A stretch of DNA of 64,000 nucleotides. It comes from Schmidtea polychroa. Its lineage: Eukaryota. The stretch is taken from the NCBI GenBank assembly GCA_044892525.1, contig CM097885.1, positions 37,510,001-37,574,000 of the forward strand, written 5' to 3'. Shown one piece after another: positions 53,603 to 64,000 of the stretch (position 1 is the first letter of the stretch; every line of letters starts with the position of its first letter). A program made the translations under genes and the position numbers. The notes under the pieces were generated by a model that had not been told where the DNA came from, made no database searches, and was given only the letters and a program-made list of their open reading frames with translations.

Positions 53603-53851
53603 CAGCCATGGCCAACCGGTGGCCCGCGAAGCGTTTTGATGTGGCCCGAACACAATTTTAAACATCAAATCAATAAATGTCTTTTTTAGAATTCATATTC
53701 GAATTAAGCATGTTTTTAATTTAAAAAATTGATTCTAAGTTTACTTGAATCATAAAAACGAGATATATTTATTTAAATGAATTTATTGTGGCCCGTGATA
53801 GTATTTTTCCGAAAATTTGGCCCTTCGATTGATTTGGGTTGGCCACCACTG
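53603..53851. mobile_element. hAT (Charlie-like) MITE
   Basis: TIRs CAGCCATGGCCAACC / GGTTGGCCACCACTG; TSD TTCTAAAC / TTCTAAAT (7 of 8). Confidence 0.8.
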
Positions 53852-55468
53852 TTCTAAATAAATCTGATTTACTAAAAGTCTCTTTCTTTTCCAAAGTACA
53901 TTCTTTAGTTTTTCACTTACCTTTTCAGATTTTTTTTATGGACACGTTAAATTTTTCTCTTATTTCGTTTTTCTGGTTTTTGGTGACCAATTGAGAGATT
54001 TAATAATTATTTTTATAGGGAATTCTTTTTTTGTCACAATCAATAATTAAATTTCCTGTCATTTTCGCCAACCTCTGAAAATTTGTTCCTAATGTAATTT
54101 TTTTATTTTTTAAAATTAATTAATTTATATTTCTTTAATAACTTTGTCTAGTGGTCAAATAGATTTTATATTAATATATTCGTGTTTATGTTTGTCATAT
54201 CATTTCCCACTCTCTAAAATATCCGTTTTCCCCAAAAATATTAATTTTTAATTAATTAAAAATTCAATTGTTATTTTTGAAATTTTTTTAAAAATTGTGC
54301 TTTTTACTATTTTGCACACAGATTTCTATGCATTTGAACTTTATTTTACACCATTACAGATAATCACAACATAATTAATATAATAATAATTATTACTATA
54401 ATAATTATATGACTAAATATTCATATAACAAAATCAAAATGTGAGCTAATAATTAAAATTATAAATGTAAGTATAATCATTATTTTTTGACTTCCGGCAT
54501 TGGGAAATATGAATCCATTCAATGGTAAATGATCATTAGATATAATTGTTATGGGATTCTGGATAATGATGGACACTTATGCGTATACATATGTCCACAA
54601 AACGCACTCCATTTCATCAATGAGCAATTCGATAAATATTAAAATGTTCTGATAATAAATCAGGATTAGTTGCATTAATTTTACAATATTTGACAACAAA
54701 TACATATACAATCAGGAAATATTCCACAAAAATATGGGAGGAATAAACCAATCACGGAACAATTTGGGAATATTTTATGTATGATATTAATATTTACATA
54801 ACAAATATTGTTAGCTATATAGAATCTCTGATGTCTCCTAGTTTTACTTGATGTATTTATATAATTGTTCTATTACGATTGCGCAGGTATCAAATTCTCC
54901 AAGCTGATAGCAGAAAATCTGCATCCATTATTCAAATATATAACGATATAACTATAACTATAATCAGTCTGGATAGAGAGTATTTAGAGATAAATGTTTT
55001 TTTACTAATGCATCTTTACCGGGTGTCATTCAATATTTACCATTTTCGTTTGCACCGGTTGAAATCGAAATATTTTATTTAATTTTCCCATTATCAGTTC
55101 ACGTATGTAAATAATATATAAAATAAAAAAAACATTATAAATCGATAAAACCTTATGTTTAAAAATAGAGTTTTCGTAAGTTAAGGAATTTTAATTATAA
55201 TTAAAATATATTTTATATCAATGACTTTAGAATTCTAAATATAATAATAATAATATATAATTCAATCTTTTAAATTGTTTAAATTGAACTTTTCAATATT
55301 TAAGAGAATTTGTTAAAATTTGATGAATTTAAATTAAAAAATTATTAAAAATAATGTATATTTTTTAAAACAATAAATAAATAAATTCACAAAGTAAGTT
55401 CTAAAGTTTCATTGAAAATACAATTCTTTTTCAAATAAAAATTATTTTCAAAATTAAAGTAATTAGTA

Positions 55469-56713
55469 AGTAGATGGATTGGGCACCGCTAGCACAGGGC
55501 ACCGCTAGCACAGTACCCCCCTCCCCCTCCCCCGGTCGTAAAATTTTTAAAAAATTCTAAGTCTAAAAGTACATTTTTTTTCAAGGTCAAATTTGAACAA
55601 AGACATATGACTCATCAAGGCCATTGAAACAAAGACCGTGACTCATCCTATGACTCATCAAATTTCTCAAGGTCATTTAAACAAAAACCATGACTCATCC
55701 TGTGACTCACCAAGGGCGTTTTCAAGGTCATATGACTCATAATATGACTCATCGAGGTAAAAAAATTTCCAAGGTCATTTAAACAAAGGTCATGACTCAT
55801 CAAGGTCATTTTCAAGGTCATCTGGGTCATCCTGTGAGTCATCAAGGTCATTTTCAAGGTCATATGACTCATCCGATGAGTCATAAAAATTTTCAAGGTC
55901 CTTTAAACAAAGACCGTGACTCATTCAAGGTCATTCTCAAGGTCGTATGACTCATCCAAGGTCATTTTCAAGGTCATATGACTCATTCAAGGTCATTCTC
56001 AAGGTCATATGACCCATACTATGACCCATCAAAATTTTTCAAGGTCATTCTCAAGGTCATATGACTCATACCATGACTCATCAAAAATTTTCAAGGTCAT
56101 TTTCAAGGTCATCTGAGTCATCATATGACTCATCAAGGTCATTTTCAAGGTCGCATGACTCATCCAAGGTCATTCCCAAGGTCATATGAGTCATTGCGAT
56201 GAGTCATCAAGGTCATATTATTATTTTTTTTATTATTTTTAAAAAATATTATTATTTTATTTTTAATTTATTCGAAGTTCCCGTCAACGAAAATTAATTA
56301 TCGATAGCTCATTTTAAAGCTCAATCCAAGACCTTNNNNNNNNNNNNNNNNNNNNNNNNNNNNNNNNNNNNNNNNNNNNNNNNNNNNNNNNNNNNNNNNN
56401 NNNNNNNNNNNNNNNNNNNNNNNNNNNNNNNNNNNNNNNNNNNNNNNNNNNNNNNNNNNNNNNNNNNNNNNNNNNNNNNNNNNNNNNNNNNNNNNNNNNN
56501 NNNNNNNNNNNNNNNNNNNNNNNNNNNNNNNNNNNNNNNNNNNNNNNNNNNNNNNNNNNNNNNNNNNNNNNNNNNNNNNNNNNNNNNNNNNNNNNNNNNN
56601 NNNNNNNNNNNNNNNNNNNNNNNNNNNNNNNNNNNNNNNNCTATATCCTCCGAGTCTATCCGACAAAATATTTTGTCCCCCTATGGGTAATGCTCACAAG
56701 GGTACTGGTCACG
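55469..56713 (+). mobile_element. Terminal module 2 (putative Polinton TIR) with AP-1/nuclear-receptor motif array
   Basis: Starts AGTAG, then a GGGCACCGCTAGCACA direct repeat and a C-tract. About 20 TGA(C/G)TCA and about 20 CAAGGTCA by hand count. The tail is shared with module 1. Lies next to the RING and pPolB genes. Confidence 0.55.
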
Positions 56714-56821
56714 CTCAACAACTCACAAATCAACAAATCAACAAAACATACATTTATTTAAACAATAAAATAATGTAAAATTAACAAAGGTAAACTAAAT
56801 ATTGATGTACTACTATTTGTC

Positions 56822-57358
56822 TTACATGTATATAATATGATATTCATTAATCAGTGTTGAACAGGCTTGACACTTGCGAACACTCTTCTCGTGACACTTA
56901 GAACAAACAATTACGTGACCACACGGTAAATAAAAAACCGAAACTCGATTTTCTTTACAAATTGAACAAGTTAAATACCTTTTCTTAACATCGTTCAGTT
57001 TTTTCGTTAGCTTATTTTCAATCAAATCGGCTTTCGCTATCCATTCATAAATCAATCTACTATATCCCGGTTTCAACCTTAAATACATACAACTCCAAAA
57101 GTATTCATTCAGTGAATCGTTGTTTACCACTGTTTTTTCTAAGAACATTAAATAACAAGATAACTTGAAAATGGATTTCTCATAATTAAATAAGTAGGTA
57201 GTTAGTAGCCCGCGGGAACAATAGGGGGGGGGTAAAAATGTTGCAAACTTTTGATTGCATAACTTTTTCCTAGACATTTTTTGATTACATAATGCCGTAA
57301 TGCCCAATGTTTTCTGGGATTTTAAATACAAAATTTTTTTTTTCAATAAACAAGCCAA
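56822..57358 (-). CDS. IAP/MDM2-type C-terminal RING protein without BIR (true start uncertain, possibly M at ~57145 or spliced)
   Basis: C-terminal CSICKENRVSVFYLPCGHVIVCSKCHEKSVRKCQACSTLINEYHIIYM* matches the IAP-like RING spacing and ends a few residues after the last Cys. Confidence 0.75.
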   Translation of the reverse strand: MACLLKKKILYLKSQKTLGITALCNQKMSRKKLCNQKFATFLPPPYCSRGLLTTYLFNYEKSIFKLSCYLMFLEKTVVNNDSLNEYFWSCMYLRLKPGYSRLIYEWIAKADLIENKLTKKLNDVKKRYLTCSICKENRVSVFYLPCGHVIVCSKCHEKSVRKCQACSTLINEYHIIYM

Positions 57359-57519
57359 GGATAAATATTATTTGGGTGGGTCTCCTTGGTCCTGAGAATT
57401 TCAATAGAAAAAGGTAGTCTTCAATAAAAAAGCATGGATTTTTCACACAATAGTGAGGGGATCTTCTTGGTCATGAGAATTTCAATAGAAAAGGTGGTTT
57501 ACATTAAAAACGCATAGTA

Positions 57520-58100
57520 AATTTTTAAAATAAAGCAAATTATGGGTCTAAAATTTAAAAATAAAGTAAATGATGGGTCTAAAAAATTTAAGTAAATCAA
57601 GGTTCAGATTTTTTTTGAAATAAAGTAAATTATGGTCTAAATAAGTAAATTATGGGCTAAGATTTTTCAATTAAAGTAAATTATGGTCCAAATTTTTAAA
57701 TTAAAGTAAATTTAGGTTCTAAAATATTAAATTAAAGTAAATTTAGGTTCTAAAATATTAAATTAAAGTAAATAATTGTTCAAAATTTAAAATTAAAGTT
57801 AATTAAGGTCTCAACTAAGTAAATTAAGGTTCAAATTTTTAAATTAAGTAAATAATGGTTCTAAAAAAATTAAAATAAAGTAAATTAAGGTCCTAAAAAA
57901 TTAAATTAAAGTAATGAATGGGCACAAATAACTAAATTAAGGTTCTAAAAAATTAAATTAAAGTTAATTAAGGTCCAAATTTTAAAATTAAGTAATCAAT
58001 GGTAAAAAAATTTAAATTAAAGTTAAATAAGTAAATTAAAGTAATAATTTTTAAATAAGTAAATTAAAGTAATGTAATAAGTAAATTAAAGTAAGATTTT
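57520..58100. repeat. AT-rich ~27-30-bp tandem array (AATTAAAGTAAAT..GGT.C) between the RING and PolB genes
   Basis: Direct reading. Followed by (AAT)n at 58284-58343 and ACACATAA-containing repeats at 58375-58510. Confidence 0.8.
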
Positions 58101-58283
58101 TAAATTTATTAACAAAAAATAGAAGATGTTTGAGAATTGAAATTTTTTAATGAAAATTTTTATGAAATAATTTTTTAATTAATTTTTAATAGAAATTTTA
58201 ATGAAATATTTTTCAATGATAATTTTTAATGGAAATTTTAATAGAATAATTTTTAAGATAATTTTTAATGAAAATTTTTATGA

Positions 58284-58348
<65 letters not shown>

Positions 58349-58540
58349 TAATATTAATAATATATCAACCAAATGTTATACAACACATAAAAAATTAACT
58401 AAACACATAAAAATAACTAGACACATAACAAAACATATAAACATTAACTAAACACATAAAAATGAACTAGACACATAACAAACATAAAAATTTACCAAAC
58501 AAATAACAAATGTATAGATATAAACTTTTATTTAATAAAA

Positions 58541-61500
58541 TTAGTCCTCATCGGACAAAATAACGTCATCGATATCGATGTCATCTTCTCCAAAATCTTC
58601 ATTTAATTCTTCCTCATCTTCTCCAAAATCTTCATTTAATTGTTCCTCATCTTCTCCAACATTTTCATCAAATTCTTCATCAACATTTTCTCCAATATTT
58701 AATTCATTTAATCTTACATGCCCATATGCAAGACTAGTATTTTTCCCCACCCAAACCCTTTTGTCATCTTTGTTTGTTAGTGCTATTTTTGTGTTTTTAA
58801 TTGTAAAAATTTGATGATTTTTGCTTGTTATTTTAGTCTGAGGAACCGAAAAAATCTGGTTAGTGTTATAACAATCCAGGTATGACTGATGTTTTATGTC
58901 ACTACCTTTCAATGTTACACATTTAGCCTTTTTTGTTTCCTCATCACCCAACAAGCTATAACATTTAGGTCTAAGAAAAACCCACTCCTTATATTTAAGA
59001 CCTTTATTCTCGTCTTTGAACTTTCCAATGACTGAATCAAGGTTCTTACTATATAAGGAATGACAACTATTGTAATTGGAAGTATCCAATAAATTATCTC
59101 GAATCATTGCAGGTAAAAGAACCTCAAGTTTACAGTTAATGACTTCGAGGAAAAAAGAATCCGTATCACCCGCAACGATATTAATTTTACAATTAAACTC
59201 ATTGCGAAATGATTCCAGATCCTTATATTGCAACTCATACATTCTAAGTTTAGATAGATCAAGTACAGATTGACCAATGTAACTTGGTCTATCTAAACAT
59301 ATAGAATCTGAATTCAATAGTGCTGCGATTAAATTATCTGCTATTTTAATAGATTTTTTAAAAGTCGGTTTTGACGAATATTTAACTAATTTACCAGCAG
59401 TTGTACAAAGACGAAGATTCATTCTTCTCTTTAAATTTTCAACTGTTTTGCCGTATAAACTGTTATTTAGCAATTTATAATAATTTTTATCTAAGTTATT
59501 TATGCTTTTTGATCTTAATTCGGTATTTGTATCTATATATTTTTTAAAAATTGGTGATTGCTTAAATCTTACACCCCTATTTACACGTGTTACTTTAACA
59601 CTAAGTTCCAAATATAATTTTAATAATCTCCAATGAATAACATAATTAGATTTTGAAAGATGAGTTAATAATAATTTTTCAACCTTAGACCCAGCAGGTT
59701 TCATTTTTTCAGCAGCAACAGGGAAATCATCCAACTTATCATGAAGCTCAGAAGGAATTACAAGATCAACTTCAAGAGTGTATCCATAAGACAAAGATTC
59801 AAGATTTAAATTCCTACATTCATCCATTATTTTATCAAATCCATCAAGAACCCAACTAAATTCGCCACAAGGTAATGATTGACTTAAAGCCCAGCCATAA
59901 AGATTATTAATATCTATATATAGTAACTCGGTGTTCTCGTCGGTTTTTACGTAATGCTTATTCACAAAAGTAAGACCGCCTCTTATTCCACCCTCATAAA
60001 AGCTAAACATTTCGTTTTCAGTTATGAGCTCAATTGGTTCATTTAAAGACATTAATGCAGAAGACCAAGACATACCTGGAATTCCGAAATAATTCAATGG
60101 TTCCAATCTATTGTGAGCAATGGATTTCAACCTAAACTGATGAAAGAAATCAGCCAAAAGAAAACAATCAAGTTTTAGGTAGATCATCATATAATCTAAT
60201 AAAGTTCGGCAATTAGTTTCTACCCAAATCTCCTGAGCTTTTTCATACTCAAGCTCAGTAACACCCTCCCAGATTGGTGGTAATTCATAAGTAGTTTGGA
60301 GAATATCTAAAGAAGTGGCGAAATTATAAGGGAAGATTCCTTTTTCAGAAACTATAGTACCAGAAAAAGCAGAATTAGCAAAAGGCAAAGAATTCAAAGT
60401 TTTGACTGCTTTAGCCAAAGAATCATTGACAAATTGATATGAATCAATGAATCTTAGGCTAATTTTGCCTAAATGAGCAATCAAAGATATAAATTTTTCC
60501 GTAGTTATTGGGATGCACCCTAAAGTCCAATTTTTAAATTTATTTAATCCGTATTTAAGTATATGATGCATATCGTATCCCTTCAAGTTGTGAAATACGA
60601 TAGGCAAAATTTTATTTATTTTTCTATTTACGTTACATGTGCTACAAGCTGCACCCAAGTATTTGCCCGTAAAATGATCGTGATCTCTAACAGGATCCAC
60701 GATAGATTTCAAACAAAGATAACAAACCGATGAATTAACGAATTGTTGTTGCCCAATTTTCGTTAATTTAATCATAGGTTTCCTACCCATTTTATAATAA
60801 AAAGGAAGAACCTTATTTAATGCTATATCCTCTATAGCACTTAAAAAACTCTCGACGCAATCTAAACCTATGAATTGTTGATAAGATTTAGATCCGCCAA
60901 AGTTATTTACTAGTAAAAGACCAGCAGATATTGGCATGTGTCGTTGGAGATGAAGATTATCAGAAGGTAAAATAGCCTCAAAATTGGCATAAACTACAAA
61001 AGGAGGAGTTACTGTTTTCGACCAGTCAGTAAACTGCAATAATTTATTTTGAGGGAAAGTATAAAGAGTTGTTCCTAATTGATTACGTTTACATAATATT
61101 TCATGTTTTTCCAGTGCGTTTCTATTTTTAAAACCATTCAAACACCGATGACACCATATTGATTGTATGCGTGTAGGACAACTAGTGTTTATGTGGCAAT
61201 TCAATAACTTATTTAAATTGCTTATAGCAACGTAATGGAAATTGTTTCCTTTATTTAATAGTAGTAAATTAATTACTGTTCCATTTAAAACTTTGGAACG
61301 ATGTATAATGTCTAAATGTGGATGTTTTAAAACGTAATTATCTGTTAATTGTTTGCTATTGTCATAAGAAAAAACATTAATTATTAAGCCGGGATTTTTG
61401 GCCTCAAATTTTCTAATGTCTTTTAATTTCATGGGTAAATCTAATGGATTATATATTAACTCGGATAGATTATAACTGGATGTCCTATTTCTATATTGTC

Positions 61501-62988
61501 TAACAACCTCATCATATTTTAAAATAGCTAAAATGCTATATAAAAAACATGAATCATCGGTGTTTTTTATATTAATTAAACAATATTTATTTTTTAGACA
61601 AGTAAGTAGTTCAATGAAACTCCTACCACTTAATCTACTTAACCTACTTATCTTTGTTATGGTGAAGTGGATTTCTGTTATTTTTTTTATGATCCAGCTA
61701 CTTCCTAACTCTGTAATATTATTTATTTTCTCGTTTAGTTCCATAATGCCTTCGTCAAAAAATGTTGAAGTTAAAGGTTTTGCGTAATTGGAGATATTAT
61801 TAACCTTTATTTCCCCGTCTTTTTCAAATTCGATAGTTATTCCGAATTGAATTTTGACGGAGCCTAATTCGTTAATAATATCTCTCAATTTTATAATTAA
61901 TTGTTCAGGAAATATTATTTCCTTTATATTTAAGTCGCTAGTATTTAAACTTAATATTTGATGGGTACCCCTTAGATCTTTTTGTATTATGGGAACATTA
62001 CCCCCTATTTGTATTATATTTAATCCGACCTGGGATTCAACAAAAGGCAATCCGACCTGGGATTCAACAAAAGGCAATCCGACCTGGGATTCAACAAAAG
62101 GCAATCCGACCTGGGATTCAACAAAAGGCAATCCGACCTGGGATTCAACAAAAGGCAATCCGACCTGGGATTCAACAAAAGACAATCCGTCCTGGGATTC
62201 AACAACCAATCCATCATTGGATTCAACAAAAGACAATCCAGCCTGGGATTCAAAAGAAGAAGTATCTAATTTAATTTTTTTATTTGTATTATTTTTTTCT
62301 ATAGTTGAGGGTCTTTTAAAAACACTATCTTTTTTAAAATTAAACCTATCTAAATGATTTTTATGTTTATTATAAAAAACGCTATTTGTTACAGGGTCAC
62401 TAGTCTTACATACGGGACATATAAAATATGTTTTATTATAATATTTTTTCGTGTAATAATTCTCCATTATAGAATGGCAATTATTATCATGTTCTTTCGA
62501 TGAACAATAATTTGGATAAAGTATACCTATAAAATAAAAATTTAATAAAAAAAAATATATATATAATTTAAATGAAATATTTTAATAAATGTTTACGCAA
62601 AAATTTACAAATTTTATTTACAAAAAAATAAAAATTTACTAAATTAAAAATATTAAAATTTAATTAAATAAAAAATTATATTAAATTTCCTTTAAATTAT
62701 ATAAAAAAGTAATCAATACTTACATTGTAAATTTTCATTTCGATTTATTGACACATTGACATAATTTTTCTCTTTATTCGTATTACCTAAATTATTAATT
62801 AATTAAATCAATAAATAAAAAATTATGTTTACTTTTTCTTTTCAAATTTCTTTTAATCTTCGATTTTAAATTGTCTTCATTAATATTATCTAAATTAATT
62901 AATAAATTAATTAATAAATAAATTAAAATTTACCAAATTCCTGAATTTTTCCTCGAACATTCATAACGTTTTCTATTAAAGAATTCAT
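58541..62988 (-). CDS. polB: Polinton/Maverick (adintovirus-like) protein-primed DNA polymerase B; long exon 62526-58541 plus predicted 5' exons 62988-62934, 62889-62833, 62786-62724 (~1386 aa)
   Basis: GSSW terminal-protein-like region, OTU-like INIKNTDDSCF...HY, ExoI YANFE, EndoVII-like CYLC...DHDHFTG...C..CN, ExoII FHNLKGYD, ExoIII YLKLD, motif A YIDINNLY, motif B KLLNNSLYGK, motif C GDTDS. The 1308-aa ORF is certain; the 5' exons are a manual prediction. Confidence 0.93.
62022..62255 (-). repeat. 27-bp coding minisatellite (GLPFVESQV)n in the PolB N-terminus
   Basis: AATCCGACCTGGGATTCAACAAAAGGC: about 5 perfect plus about 4 degenerate units. Confidence 0.95.
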
Positions 62989-64000
62989 TTTTAAAGGTTA
63001 ATTATTTGTTAAATGTGAATAATGATTGATTATTGTTTATAGATTATTATTGTTTATAGATTATTATTGTTTATAGGAACAAATTCTAACCAATCAAAAT
63101 CAAGGAAGGGTAGGGAAAAAATATATTACGTTGCGGTATTTTAAAATTAAAATTTATTTTAAAAACACATTTTGACGTTAAAGTCGAGTTATGTAACAAA
63201 GACATAATAAACTTATTATTTACTACAAATATTTCACCTATCAAATACCTAACTAGAGATGATATATATTGATTGTTCATAAAAGCAAACTTAATCATAA
63301 ATTTCTGTATATTATTTTGTAAATTATTTCTGTAAATTAAATTTTGTATATTATTTCTGTAAATTATCAAGTAAATTTAAAGTTCTTGATAAGGTTAACT
63401 GGTTTCTTAGCTTATGTTTTTTTTAAAAAGTTCATCAATGTGTAAATATTCTTAGAAAATTATTGATAAAAAAATATTTAGTCAAATGCATTACAAAGTC
63501 ATCTAAAATTAAACCAATTACTTAATTATTAACATAACAGTCATTAAAAAAAAAATTAATTTTTATTTAAAATTTAACAAATTATCAAGAAATTCAATTA
63601 AAATCATCATTAAAACTTTAAATTTTTTAATAAATCAACATGAAATTCTTAGAAATATGAAAAAAAAAATATTATTACAAAGTTATATCCTATCACATGA
63701 TTATTAACCTGACTGTCATTAAAAATAATTTTTATTTAAAAAAAAAACCAATCAATTAAAATGCATCCAATTATCAAGAAATTAATTAAATTTATCTTAG
63801 AACTAACTTAAAATTTTTAAATATTCATTCAATCCACATGAAATTCACGAAAATGATAAAAATTCACAAAAACCATCAACTCTAAAAAAAATACTAATGA
63901 ATACCTTAAACACCAAAATTTATCTAAATAATCTTTCAAATTAATTCATTAAAATTGAAGACAACACGCTCTATTTTGTCATTACATTCAATTAAAATTA

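Noticed and set aside
52900-55100. Moderately GC-richer patches with candidate splice sites
   Set aside because: No frame stays open across plausible exons and no recognisable protein motif.
24048-56666. ORFs spanning N-runs (24229-24386, 35260-35507, 43652-43879, 46980-47130, 47822-48011, 49479-49703, 56336-56640)
   Set aside because: Artefacts of assembly gaps.
44190-58398. Poly-Tyr/poly-Ile ORFs (44190-44372, 58201-58398)
   Set aside because: Translations of (AAT)n microsatellites.
63086-64000. Further Polinton genes downstream of the PolB promoter
   Set aside because: Only low-complexity AT-rich sequence and a degenerate ~180-bp duplication; ORF 63086-63370 has no credible motif.

Overview
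Very AT-rich animal (invertebrate-like) draft scaffold with seven N-gaps; the species cannot be determined from the sequence. One clear host gene is present: a 9-exon brahma/SMARCA2-4 SWI/SNF ATPase (minus strand, 9727-21747, about 1449 aa). The rest is mostly transposon debris: MULE, Helitron, Penelope-like GIY-YIG, several hAT elements (one full-length Buster-type with an open ORF and perfect TSD), mariner, pogo/Tigger, Chapaev3-like, hATm-like, Merlin-like and hairpin mini-elements. The right end holds a Polinton/Maverick (adintovirus-like) protein-primed PolB gene that appears to have three short 5' introns, preceded by an IAP-type RING gene and a ~1.25-kb module packed with AP-1 (TGACTCA) and nuclear-receptor (TCAAGGTCA) motifs. 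A related module at 23.5-24.2 kb is followed by a compact spliced Bcl-2-family gene that the ORF track only half captures. The leading hypothesis (inference) is a family of endogenous Polinton-like viruses whose enhancer-rich ends carry apoptosis/ubiquitin regulators. Orphan RING-acidic and PSMA6-exon chimeric ORFs may or may not belong to it. No integrase, capsid, ATPase or protease gene is visible in the window.
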